Positions 10,522 through 19,743 of a stretch of 64,000 nucleotides of DNA are shown one piece after another. Position 1 is the stretch's first letter, and the number at the start of each line of letters is the position of its first letter. Position numbers and translations under genes: made by a program. Origin of the DNA: Candidatus Latescibacterota bacterium (GTDB taxonomy: Bacteria > Latescibacterota > UBA2968 > UBA8231); the NCBI GenBank assembly GCA_964291625.2, contig OZ220090.1, forward strand, positions 288,001-352,000, given 5' to 3'. Under the pieces are notes generated by a model. That model saw nothing but the letters and a program-made list of their open reading frames with translations, was not told the origin of the DNA and ran no database searches.

Positions 10522-13065
10522 GTGAGCGGACCCTTGATACCCAGGGCGGTCCTCCTGCCGGCGCTCCTGGCCGCTGCAGGGATCTGGCCGGCTCTACCGG
10601 CCCATTCCGTTGGGGTGCTGCTCAAGGGAACTGACGGACCTCCCGTGGAACTGAGCGAGATCGAGGCCCTGTTCATCGTCGGGGAGGACGGCACGACGGT
10701 TCACCTGAGGGGGTACTTCGACGGTCCCTTGCGGGAGTTCGTCTGGCTCGTGCCGGTTCCCGCCGGCTCGAAGATCCAGCTCAGCCACAACGACATTTTC
10801 CGGTGGGTGAACGAGAGGACACAGCCCCGCTTCCAACTGTTTGCGGAAGGGGATGCTACTCCGGAATACCTCGAGGAGAAGACCGGATTCCTCCCGGACC
10901 TCCCTGTGCTCACCTATGTGAACGAGCACAGCGAGAGGTGTGACGTCCTGGCAGACGAGGTGGTCAATCCGATCGTCGACTTCTTCCCCTGTCCCATCCG
11001 GCTGTGTGAGACCGTACTGCTGGAGTACGTAGGGGAAAGGGAGACGCAGGCTCTCACCATCATCGATGCACGGTCCCACGCCGAGGTCTCCGACTGGGCC
11101 TTGGCGCGGGGCTACCGGGCGGCAGCGATGGACGGGGAGGTCGTGCAATCCTATCTGGATGGGGGCCAGGCCATCCTGGCCGTGGAAACCGCCCCGCCGG
11201 AGTACCTGTATCACCTCAAGCGCGTGAACCGGATACAGCCGCTGGCCTTCACCTACGGGGTGGACGGGATCACCGTACCGCTGAAGTCGGCGACCAGTGA
11301 AGGAACCGACAGGCAGGGACTGACCGTCTGGATCGCCGCGGAGAGCCGGGCGATTCCCGAGAACTACCTGAACGTCCACCTCAACCCGGCGCGGCTGACC
11401 TGGCCGCACGCCTATGGCCTGTTCTCCGGAAAGCCCGGCAACTACCATCAGGTCCTTTCGAACGCCATTGCGGAGACGGAACATCCGGCTCTGGTCACCG
11501 AGTACGCGGTGGAAGGAACAGGACCGGGGGACTGGGAGGAACCGCATGCGGACCTCGATGCCCTGCGCGACCCGGAAAGCCTCGACGCCTTCCTGACCGA
11601 CCTCTGGCATGGTGGAATCACCCCCAAGAGCCCTTGGGGCGAAGTTTCCACCGAGTTCGAGCTGAGGTTCCTTCAACTGCTCAGGAAGCACATACCCATA
11701 CCCGAGTCCGTGCTCGAAGCCATCAGGCAGGGTTACAACGGGAGGGAGGAGAGGTTCCGCGAGTACGCGGAGTCGCAGTTCTACAGCTTTCCCAATGAGT
11801 ACGAAGATCACTACGAAGACGAGTGGTTCAACTTCTCCGGCTTCGTCGACGACTGGATGGCCCGGATCCAGGAGCCGAAGGCCAGGGCCCATGAAGCTCT
11901 GGCCGGCCGCCCCTACCTGACTCGGCTGACCACCTTCTACTTCGGCGACGCCGAGACGGTCGATCCCGTGTTGGGATTCAATGCCGACCTTGGTCAGGTC
12001 AATGACCGTCCCGGCTACGGCAAGGTCGGTTTCGAGTGCAGGGAAGGGGGGGAGTACGGGTTCTGGGACGTCTCGAATCTCATGGCCGTCGTCGGCCTGG
12101 AAGGGGGCACCATACTCCGCTTTGGCTTCGATTGGGGCAACCCCTTCCTGTGGAGGATCCTGCGCGGAGCCTCCGAGATCCCCCCGGCCGCTTCGGAGAG
12201 CATCGAGCAGTTGAGTACGTCAGGCAGTCCGGTGGTCGTCCCCAGGCAGATGACCACCACGGTGGTGGCGGGCACCATCCCGGACAGCGGGTTCCGCACG
12301 GTGGAATTCTCCCGCATGGTCCCCGGCCGCCACCCCCGGTACCAGTGGAGCACCACCGCCAGCCGGTCAGGGGAGTTCGAAGCGATCATCTCGAGTGGAG
12401 CCCCGGCCGGCGTCCAGGGATCCTACCAGGTTCGGGTGCGCAACCGGGATGGCGAGATCCTGGATGTGTGGTACGACATTCCCCTCGAGCGCAACCGGCG
12501 TCAGATCCTGGAGCTGATCCCGGGGGAGAGGGCACGCGTGACAGCCGTGGAGCAGCTGAAGGGAGCCGTGGAAACGGGGCCCGCGGAAGCGGACTTCGAC
12601 GGCGACGGCACGGTCGGCTTCGAGGACTTCTTTCTCTTTGCCGAGGCCTTCGGCGGCAGCGACTCCCGCTTCGACCTCGATGGCAGCGGCACCGTCGACA
12701 TCGACGACTTCTTCCTCTTCGCCGACCACTTCGGCCAGCCGGCGCGGGGCAAGCTGCTGGCGCTGGCCCGGCGGATGATCGGCCTGCCCGAGATTCCCCA
12801 ACTGCGGAACGCGCCCAACCCCTTCAACACCAGCACGGCCATCTCCTGGTTCCAGCTCTCTCCCGGACCGGTGCGGCTGGAGATCTACAATGCCCTGGGG
12901 CAGCGGGTGCGCACCCTGGTGGACGAGGTCCAGGCCGCGGGAAGGCACCGGGTCTCCTGGAACGTCCGCGACGAGGCTGGTGCCTCGGTGGCGTCCGGGG
13001 TCTACCTGTCGCGGCTGCATTACCCCGGCGGGGTGCAGACCCAACGGCTGCTCTACCTCAAGTAA
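10522..13065 (+). CDS. Secreted DUF2330-like protein with EF-hand/dockerin-like repeat and C-terminal FlgD-Ig (T9SS-A-like) sorting domain
   Basis: Signal peptide; FVWLVPVP, IQPLAFTY, YLTRLTT (DUF2330-like); DFDGDGTVGFEDFFLFAEAFG-type motif twice; NAPNPFN...LEIYNALGQRVRTLV...ASGVYL. Confidence 0.85.
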   Translation: MSGPLIPRAVLLPALLAAAGIWPALPAHSVGVLLKGTDGPPVELSEIEALFIVGEDGTTVHLRGYFDGPLREFVWLVPVPAGSKIQLSHNDIFRWVNERTQPRFQLFAEGDATPEYLEEKTGFLPDLPVLTYVNEHSERCDVLADEVVNPIVDFFPCPIRLCETVLLEYVGERETQALTIIDARSHAEVSDWALARGYRAAAMDGEVVQSYLDGGQAILAVETAPPEYLYHLKRVNRIQPLAFTYGVDGITVPLKSATSEGTDRQGLTVWIAAESRAIPENYLNVHLNPARLTWPHAYGLFSGKPGNYHQVLSNAIAETEHPALVTEYAVEGTGPGDWEEPHADLDALRDPESLDAFLTDLWHGGITPKSPWGEVSTEFELRFLQLLRKHIPIPESVLEAIRQGYNGREERFREYAESQFYSFPNEYEDHYEDEWFNFSGFVDDWMARIQEPKARAHEALAGRPYLTRLTTFYFGDAETVDPVLGFNADLGQVNDRPGYGKVGFECREGGEYGFWDVSNLMAVVGLEGGTILRFGFDWGNPFLWRILRGASEIPPAASESIEQLSTSGSPVVVPRQMTTTVVAGTIPDSGFRTVEFSRMVPGRHPRYQWSTTASRSGEFEAIISSGAPAGVQGSYQVRVRNRDGEILDVWYDIPLERNRRQILELIPGERARVTAVEQLKGAVETGPAEADFDGDGTVGFEDFFLFAEAFGGSDSRFDLDGSGTVDIDDFFLFADHFGQPARGKLLALARRMIGLPEIPQLRNAPNPFNTSTAISWFQLSPGPVRLEIYNALGQRVRTLVDEVQAAGRHRVSWNVRDEAGASVASGVYLSRLHYPGGVQTQRLLYLK

Positions 13066-13105
13066 GTCGTCCGGCTGCTCGAACCAGGAATCCCGCGCAG
13101 GGGGA

Positions 13106-14632
13106 TCACATCCGCGCCGGCGCCAGGGTCCATGCCTGCAGCGACCTCACCCTCGCCTCGCCCCCGCGCGCGAACAGGCCGATGCCGGTGCTGTCGGTCC
13201 GCGTCGGATAGATGCGCTGGGTCACGCACTGCCGGCGGTTGGCGAAGACCTCGAGGATCGAGCGGTCGAGAAAGATGCGCAGGGTCAGCGGCTCCCCCCG
13301 GGCCAGCTCCAACGGCCCTTCCTGGGCGGTGACGTACTGCCCGCTCCCGGCCAGGTGCGGCTGCGGCTTGCGGTAGCGGGTGTAGCGGATCTCCCGGTCG
13401 AGGGTCGACCGGCTCACGTCGACCCGAAGCACCGCCGCGGCCGAGTCCCAGGAGACCGAGGTCTCCTCCTCGCCCCCCGGCGAGCGCCGCAGCTTCAGGC
13501 CCACCTCTCTCGCCTCCCGCGGATCGAACTCGACCGCCAGCTCCAGGCAGTCACCGCCGATCCCCTCGACGTGCATCTCGGAATCGGCGGCCAGGTCGAT
13601 GGACCCCAGTCGGCGGGGATCGAGCCGCAACACCTCCAGCTCCGGGACGGGGTCGATCTGCAGGCGGCGGCCCGGTCCCAGGGACAACAGCCGCGGAGCG
13701 GTCATGACCCCGGACCAACCGGATGCGCGCTCCCGCTCGACGCCGCGCAGCTCGCGGACCCAGTCGAAGAAGATCCGCCGGCCTTCTGCGTCCAGCAGGG
13801 TTCGAGGACCGCCGAGATGACCCCCCTCCCAGCTCATGCGTCCGTGGACGTCCGGGTGGAAGCGTTCCCCCCGGAGCCGGCCGATGTAGTACTGGGTTCC
13901 CTGCAGGTGGCTGCAGAAGACCAGCATGTGCCGGTCGCCGAGGGGGAAGAAGTCGGGCACGGCGCAGTCCTCACCCCCGTCCGTCCACTCCCGCCGCGAC
14001 TCGTAGAGCTGGCCGGCGAACTCCCAGGTTCGCAGGTCCTCGGACCTGAAGAGGTACGCCGCGTCCCCCTGGCCTTCCGGGTCGCGTTTGTTGACAGCGG
14101 CGTAGTAGAGGCCCCCCTCCAGCCAGCCGCAGGGGTCGTGGATGGTGTAGCGGCCGAAGTCGGGGCTGCCTTCCTGCGGCTGGGGAATCACCGGATTGTC
14201 CGGGTCCCTGGTCCACTCGATCAGCAGATCGTCGCGGCTGCGGGCGAGACACAGGCCGCCGGGGTTGCCGTAGTAGATCAGCGTCGGCACCCCTTCCGCA
14301 TCGATCAGGGCCCCGCCGCTGAAGCAGCCGATGCGATCCGGTCCGTCCGCTTCCGGCGTCAGCGCCACCGGATGGTGGACCCAGTGCACGAGATCGGCGC
14401 TGGAGGCGTGGCCCCACTGGATCCGGTTCCAGTAGGCGCCCTCGGGATTGAGCTGGTAGAAGATGTGGTGGCGCCCCTTCCAGTAGAGGGCCCCGTTGAT
14501 GTCGTTCATCCAGGCCGCCGGCGGTGTGAAGTGCCAGGCCGGCCGGTGGGGATCGCGGGCGAAGTCGGAAGCGAGCTCGCCCGCCTCCCGGATGCGCGCT
14601 TCCATCCGCTCGATCCGATTCCGGGGAGTCAT
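13106..14632 (-). CDS. Glycoside hydrolase family 32-like protein with non-canonical catalytic motifs
   Basis: HFTPPAAWMNDING, WGHASSADLVHW, CFSGGA, C-terminal DRSILEVFAN..TQRIYP; GAGGTGA RBS before ATG 14632. Confidence 0.9.
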   Translation of the reverse strand: MTPRNRIERMEARIREAGELASDFARDPHRPAWHFTPPAAWMNDINGALYWKGRHHIFYQLNPEGAYWNRIQWGHASSADLVHWVHHPVALTPEADGPDRIGCFSGGALIDAEGVPTLIYYGNPGGLCLARSRDDLLIEWTRDPDNPVIPQPQEGSPDFGRYTIHDPCGWLEGGLYYAAVNKRDPEGQGDAAYLFRSEDLRTWEFAGQLYESRREWTDGGEDCAVPDFFPLGDRHMLVFCSHLQGTQYYIGRLRGERFHPDVHGRMSWEGGHLGGPRTLLDAEGRRIFFDWVRELRGVERERASGWSGVMTAPRLLSLGPGRRLQIDPVPELEVLRLDPRRLGSIDLAADSEMHVEGIGGDCLELAVEFDPREAREVGLKLRRSPGGEEETSVSWDSAAAVLRVDVSRSTLDREIRYTRYRKPQPHLAGSGQYVTAQEGPLELARGEPLTLRIFLDRSILEVFANRRQCVTQRIYPTRTDSTGIGLFARGGEARVRSLQAWTLAPARM

Positions 14633-15002
14633 GTCACCTCTCGTGGGTTGTCCGGAGTTCCAGGCATGTCGTGGCTGTCGTCCCGGTTGAGGATAGCCCA
14701 CGATGAGAGCCTTCACTATTCGGGGGAACGTTCCGCCGAAGTCCTCCGTCACTTGAGGGGAAGGGCCACCTGTCGACGAGGTAGTCACGGCACGGAGAAG
14801 GAGATACGGATCCGACGACTGAACGAGGACCTCGCCGGGGAGCAGATCCACGGCCGGTGCCCGGCCAACAAGGTCGCAGCTCTCGGGGGGAGGCGACCCG
14901 GCGCCCGGTCGTGGTGCCCCACGCAAAGACAGACAGGGAGATGCCGGCAGCGGTGCCCGCCGCCTCGAGCGCGGTCGCCAGCATCCCGCGGGATCGGCCG
15001 TT

Positions 15003-16367
15003 GTGACGATCCGTGGCCCCCTGGACGGGGACGGCCTCGAAGGGCGGATCGCCGAGTGGCGCGCCAATGTGGGGGGAGGCATCTCCGCCTCCGAGCTGGA
15101 GGAGCACGAGCGCCGCCTGCGGGAGGAAGTATCCGCCCTCGGGCAGGCCGGCCTCGACCCGGACGAAGCGTTCCTGGTGGCGGTCCGGCGCGTCGGCCGC
15201 CCCGACCCGCAGTCGGGCCGGTTCACCCCGGCCGATGCGGGCGGCCTGTGGAAGCAGCTGGTCGCCCGCGGTTCGGCCGGGGAATCGCAGACCTCCAGAC
15301 GCGAGATCCTGGTCGTCCTGGGGTTCGCCGCGGCGTCGGCGGTTGCGGTGAAGGTCCCGGAGCTGTTCGGCTGCCGGATGTTCGGGGGCTGCGAGAGCTT
15401 CTACACCCGCAACCTCAGCCTGTTCTGCCTGCCCCTGCTGGCCGGCTACTTCGCCTGGAAACGCGGGATCGGCGCCCGCGGCTGTCTCCGGCTGGCCCTG
15501 CCCTTCCTGGCGGCGGCTCTCTTCGCCAACATCTACCCCTTCTCTCCGGGCGGCTCCACCGAGGGGCTCACGGCCCTGCACCTGCCGATCGCCCTGTGGC
15601 TGGCCGTCGGGGTCGCCCATGCCGGGGGGCGCTGGGGGTCTTCCACCCGGCGCATGGAGTTCGTGCGCTTCTCGGGGGAGCTGTTCATCCTCTACGTGCT
15701 CATCGCTCTCGGCGGCGGCGTGCTGACCGGGGTCACGGGAATGATGTTCGCCGCCATCGGTCTCGACGTGGAGAGGCTGGGGCCGCAACTGATGCCGAGC
15801 GCGGCCCTGGGGGCGGTCGTGGTCGCCGCCTGGCTGGCCGATGCCAGGCACGGGGCCGCGGCGAGCATCGCCCCCCTGCTGACCCGCATCTTCACCCCGC
15901 TCCTCGCCGTGGTCCTGCTCGCCTTCCTCGGTGCGATGGTCTGGACCGGCAGCGGCATCGTCCAGGCGCGGGAAGTACTCATCGGCTTCGACCTGCTGCT
16001 GGTGCTGGTCCTCGGCCTGTTGCTCTACGGGGTCTCGTCCCGGGAGCCCGGGGCGCCCCCCGGCCTCTTCGACCGGCTCCAGCTCCTGCTGCTGCTGGCC
16101 GCCCTCGCGGCCGACGCGGCGGCCCTGGCGGCGATCGCGGCGCGCATCTCCGAGTTCGGATTCAGCGCCAACAAGGCGGCGGCCCTCGGGGAGAACCTCG
16201 TCCTCCTCGTCAACCTGGCCTGGTCCGCGTGGCTCTACGTGCGGTTCCTGCGAGGCCGCGGCCCCTTCTCCGCCCTGGAGCGCTGGCAGACCGCCTACCT
16301 GCCGGTCTACGCGGTCTGGGCGGGAATCGTCGCCGTCCTCTTCCCGCCGCTCTTCGGCTACGCCTGA
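15003..16367 (+). CDS. Membrane protein with N-terminal permease prefix domain 1 (DUF4153-like)
   Basis: ELEEHERRLREEV..L.QAGLDPDEAFLVAVRRVG prefix followed by many hydrophobic segments; ARISEFGFSANK. Confidence 0.85.
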   Translation: MTIRGPLDGDGLEGRIAEWRANVGGGISASELEEHERRLREEVSALGQAGLDPDEAFLVAVRRVGRPDPQSGRFTPADAGGLWKQLVARGSAGESQTSRREILVVLGFAAASAVAVKVPELFGCRMFGGCESFYTRNLSLFCLPLLAGYFAWKRGIGARGCLRLALPFLAAALFANIYPFSPGGSTEGLTALHLPIALWLAVGVAHAGGRWGSSTRRMEFVRFSGELFILYVLIALGGGVLTGVTGMMFAAIGLDVERLGPQLMPSAALGAVVVAAWLADARHGAAASIAPLLTRIFTPLLAVVLLAFLGAMVWTGSGIVQAREVLIGFDLLLVLVLGLLLYGVSSREPGAPPGLFDRLQLLLLLAALAADAAALAAIAARISEFGFSANKAAALGENLVLLVNLAWSAWLYVRFLRGRGPFSALERWQTAYLPVYAVWAGIVAVLFPPLFGYA

Positions 16368-16459
16368 GACAGGACCCGCCGCGCTGAAGCGATTTGGCGG
16401 CGGCCGCCGATGGCACCATCCTCTGTGCCCACACCAACAGCAGGCAGAAAGGGCAGACC

Positions 16460-17299
16460 GTGAGCGACATCAACGAAATCGGCGCGACCGCATTCGTCAT
16501 CGCCTCCATCCGGTCCATGGAGGCCGAGCATTCCCCGCCCCTCTTCAGCGCCCCGTACGCGGAGTGGTTCTCCAACGAGCCGGCCCTGGCCGCCGCCCGG
16601 CAGCTGGACGCCGCCTTCCCGCCCTCCACGACCATGGTCCGCTTCCGCACCCGTTTCTTCAACGGTTTCATCGAAAGCGGCATCGAGGCGGGGGCCCGCC
16701 AGGTCATCCTCCTCGGGGGCGGCTTCGACATGCGCGCCCATCACTACGAGGACACCGGCGCCGCCTTCTTCGAGGTCGACCAGAAGGCCGTCCTCGACTT
16801 CAAGGGCGCCGTCCTGGGCCGGCACGGCCTCGAGCCGCCGCCGTCGCTGCCCGGCAACTACCTGGAGGTCGACGTCCCCGGCGGCCTGGCCGGAGCCGGC
16901 TTCGATCCCGCGGCCCCCACCTTGATCGTCTGGGAAGGCAACACCATGTACCTGCCCCCCGAGACGATCCTGCCCTTCCTCAACCGGCTGGCCGGCGCCA
17001 TCTCCTCCTTCCGCATCGCCTTCGACTACTTCGCCGTCGACCTGCAGAGCCGCGACTTCGATACCGAGGAGGACCGGCGCAGGCTGGAGGGCGTGGAGAA
17101 GGCGATGGGCGCATCTTTCCCCACGGGGTTCCCGGACCTCGGTCTCTTCGAGAGAGAGACGCCGCTCTCGGTGGCCGATTCCGGCACCTTCGCCGACCTG
17201 GGCGAGGAATACGGACTGGGCGCCATGGTGGCCGCCTACCCGGAGGACTGGCGGGAGACGCTCAAGCTCTACCGGTACTGCGTGTTGGCGAAGGGATAG
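16460..17299 (+). CDS. Class I SAM-dependent methyltransferase, LCM/TIGR00027-like
   Basis: RTRFF, QVILLGGGFDMR, FFEVDQ, PTLIVWEGNTMYL motifs. Confidence 0.9.
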   Translation: MSDINEIGATAFVIASIRSMEAEHSPPLFSAPYAEWFSNEPALAAARQLDAAFPPSTTMVRFRTRFFNGFIESGIEAGARQVILLGGGFDMRAHHYEDTGAAFFEVDQKAVLDFKGAVLGRHGLEPPPSLPGNYLEVDVPGGLAGAGFDPAAPTLIVWEGNTMYLPPETILPFLNRLAGAISSFRIAFDYFAVDLQSRDFDTEEDRRRLEGVEKAMGASFPTGFPDLGLFERETPLSVADSGTFADLGEEYGLGAMVAAYPEDWRETLKLYRYCVLAKG

Positions 17300-17303
17300 C
17301 CGA

Positions 17304-18080
17304 TCACCCCGGCTGCACGATGAAGCGGGCCAGCTCCCTGCCGCGCGGGGACAGGGTCTCGTAGAGATCTCGCGGCAGCGAGGGACCCAGGTCGGGCAGG
17401 CGGAACCACGGCGCCAGGTACCCGACGCTGGTCATGGGCCGGATCTCGTCGGAGTCGTTGGCCGTGCCGCCGTGCCAGCATCGCACGTCCCGGATGACCG
17501 CCGTTCCGGCCGGGGCGCAAAGGATCGACTCCTTCATGCGCGCCGGCTCCTCCTCCATCTTCGGCGCCGGCTGGCGGGTGCGGTGGGTTCCCGGCACGAA
17601 GCGGATGGCGCCGTTGATCTTCCTGAACTCGACCATCAGGAAGTTCACGACGATGTACGGCGTCGGCACGTCGTGGAGCGTCACCTGTCCCAGCGGATCG
17701 TTGAGGACGTCCCGGATATCGGCGTGCAGGTGCTGCTCCCTGGCGCCGGGAGCGGAGTAATCCCCGCCGCCGCCGGAACAGATGAAGCCGGGGCTTCCCC
17801 AGATCGCCTCCAGGATCGGAAGGATGGCCGGCAGGTCGATGAGCTGCACCCACTCCGGGTGGTGCAGTTGGGGCCCGAAGGAGTAGCGGGCATGGCCCCG
17901 GTTGGCGCTCTCGAGGGGGATCTCCGCCATCTGCTGCGCCATGACGCGGGAGGCGCCCGCCCGGGCGAACTCGAGCTGTTCGGGGCTGAGGGCATCTCCG
18001 ATGGGGACGAACCCGTCCCGATGGAAGATGGCCGCCGCCCTGTCGACTTCGCTGGGAGAGAGGATTTCGACGTCGAGCAT
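17304..18080 (-). CDS. Phytanoyl-CoA dioxygenase (PhyH) family 2OG/Fe(II) dioxygenase
   Basis: FHRDGF, QHLHAD (HxD), NGAIRFVPGTH, WHGGTAN..R. Confidence 0.9.
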   Translation of the reverse strand: MLDVEILSPSEVDRAAAIFHRDGFVPIGDALSPEQLEFARAGASRVMAQQMAEIPLESANRGHARYSFGPQLHHPEWVQLIDLPAILPILEAIWGSPGFICSGGGGDYSAPGAREQHLHADIRDVLNDPLGQVTLHDVPTPYIVVNFLMVEFRKINGAIRFVPGTHRTRQPAPKMEEEPARMKESILCAPAGTAVIRDVRCWHGGTANDSDEIRPMTSVGYLAPWFRLPDLGPSLPRDLYETLSPRGRELARFIVQPG

Positions 18081-18117
18081 GGCGGATCGGCGGCTTGGTG
18101 GCAGGCTTGGCTGGGCC

Positions 18118-18306
18118 TCAGTCCTCGTCGAGGATCCCCTGGATCATCCCGTCCAGGTGGCCCCTCCGGCCGAAAGAGATGTCCCTGAGGACACCCTCCC
18201 GGTCGACCAGGAGGGTCGACGGGGTTCCGCGCAGGGTGGTGGGGACTCCCTGCACCCAACTCGAGACGCCGAAGTTGGGCACGACCTGTCCTGACTCGAT
18301 GGCCAT
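18118..18306 (-). pseudogene. TlpA/redoxin remnant: N- and C-termini joined, CxxC core missing
   Basis: GQVVPNFGVSSWVQG (redoxin N-terminus-like) directly followed by LRGTPSTLLVDREGVLR (redoxin C-terminus with cis-Pro loop). Confidence 0.6.
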
Positions 18307-18378
18307 GAGATATAGTATAGCTTGAGCAGCGATTCCCCGGCGCCGGTCCGCGCCTGTCGATCATCATTGGAGGACCAC

Positions 18379-19642
18379 ATGTCCAACCACGAGCGGGTAG
18401 GCGCCAACGTCACCCGCGAGACCCACATCGCCCACGACGGGCGCCACGCCTTCTACGCCGGAGGGCAGACCTACGCCGGCGCCGGGGGTACCGCTCTCCT
18501 GGAGATGGTCACCACGGAGATGCTCCACTGGGTGACCCACGACGATGGCCGCACCACCCTCGACGCCTGCTACGACGGCACCTGGGTCCGCCGTTCCGAG
18601 GACGACGGCGCCACCTGGAGCGACGTGGAGGCCAAGGCGGCCTTCGACACCACCCTGGGGGGGAGCAGCTCCTGCCCTGCGGCATGAGCCTCGACGAGAG
18701 GACCGACACGCTGGTGCGGTTCTACCGGGGCCAGAAGGCCGACAAGAGCTGCTACGGGTACATCAACCAGGGCGCCTACCGGGTGTTCTACGCGATATCG
18801 AAGGACCAGGGAATCAGCTGGAGCGAGCCGGTGCCGATCGTCGACCGCCGCGGCGGGTTCGACGAGCGCCGGTGGGGGCCGGAACTCGACTATGGGACCC
18901 GGGGCGCCATCCTCAACGGCGCCGCCTGCCGCTGGATGGACGACGGCTCCCTCATGGCCCCCTTCACCGGGTACGAGCGCCTCGACGGGACCCGGCCCTG
19001 GGACTTCCGCGTCGTCTGCGCCCGGGGGGAGTGGAACGCCGGCCGCACCGCCCTCGAGTGGGAGTTCGGCAGCTACTTCGAGGTCGGCCCCGACCGGTCG
19101 ACCGCGGGCTGCTGCGAGCCCTCCATCGCCTCCCTCGGCGGCGACCGGCTGTTCATGACCACCCGCTGCCAGGGGGGCGAGGCCCAGGGCCTCCATTCCG
19201 TCCGCTACACCGCCCTCTCCGAGGACGGGGGCATGACCTGGTCGGAGCCAGCGCCCCTGCTCTACGACGACGGCTCCCCGGTGCACACGCCGGCTTCCTC
19301 CTCCGACTTCGTCACCACCTCCACGGGCCGGACCTGGTGGCTGGGCAACATCCTCGAGGCGCCGGTCTTCGCCCAGACGCCCCGGTACCCCTCAAGCTGG
19401 CCCTCTTCGACCCCGGCCGCGCCTGCCTCGTGAGGGACTCGGTGCGCCTGATCCAGGACCGGCCCGAGGGGGCCCACGAGCTGGTGAGGTACACCAACTT
19501 CGGCAGCTACGAGGAGCGCGGGACCGGCCGCCTCGTCATCACCCTGCCCGAGCAGTACCGCTACAAGGGCTGGGACGAGATGGATCGGCCGGAGGACTTC
19601 GCCGCCGACTGCATCAAGTACACGGTGGAGTTGGACAGGTGA
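18379..19642 (+). CDS. Sialidase/BNR-repeat family protein, split by two 1-nt frameshifts (~18660, ~19390)
   Basis: GGAGG RBS; Asp-box motifs SEDDGATWS, SKDQGISWS, SEDGGMTWS across frames; CCEPSI; both shifts lie in G7 and C4 runs. Confidence 0.8.
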
Positions 19643-19688
19643 CGGCCGGTAGTGGGCGACGGTGCCACTTGCCGTCGATATACCAATA

Positions 19689-19715
19689 GGTTATAAACCA
19701 TATGGTTTTACAACC
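19689..19715. promoter_or_regulatory. AT-rich palindromic operator-like site upstream of ATPase gene
   Basis: GGTTATAAACCATATGGTTTTACAACC with perfect 14-bp core AAACCATATGGTTT (19695-19708) in otherwise very GC-rich DNA. Confidence 0.55.
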
Positions 19716-19743
19716 AGGCCTGCCTATCCAGAGACTGAATTCG

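Noticed and set aside
12890-16387. Very long alternative-frame or antisense ORFs (e.g. 578-3373, 12890-16387, 19662-22274, 19969-22431, 25853-28270, 56488-59040)
   Set aside because: Arg/Gly/Pro-rich shadows of real genes, expected in high-GC DNA with few stop codons; no motifs.
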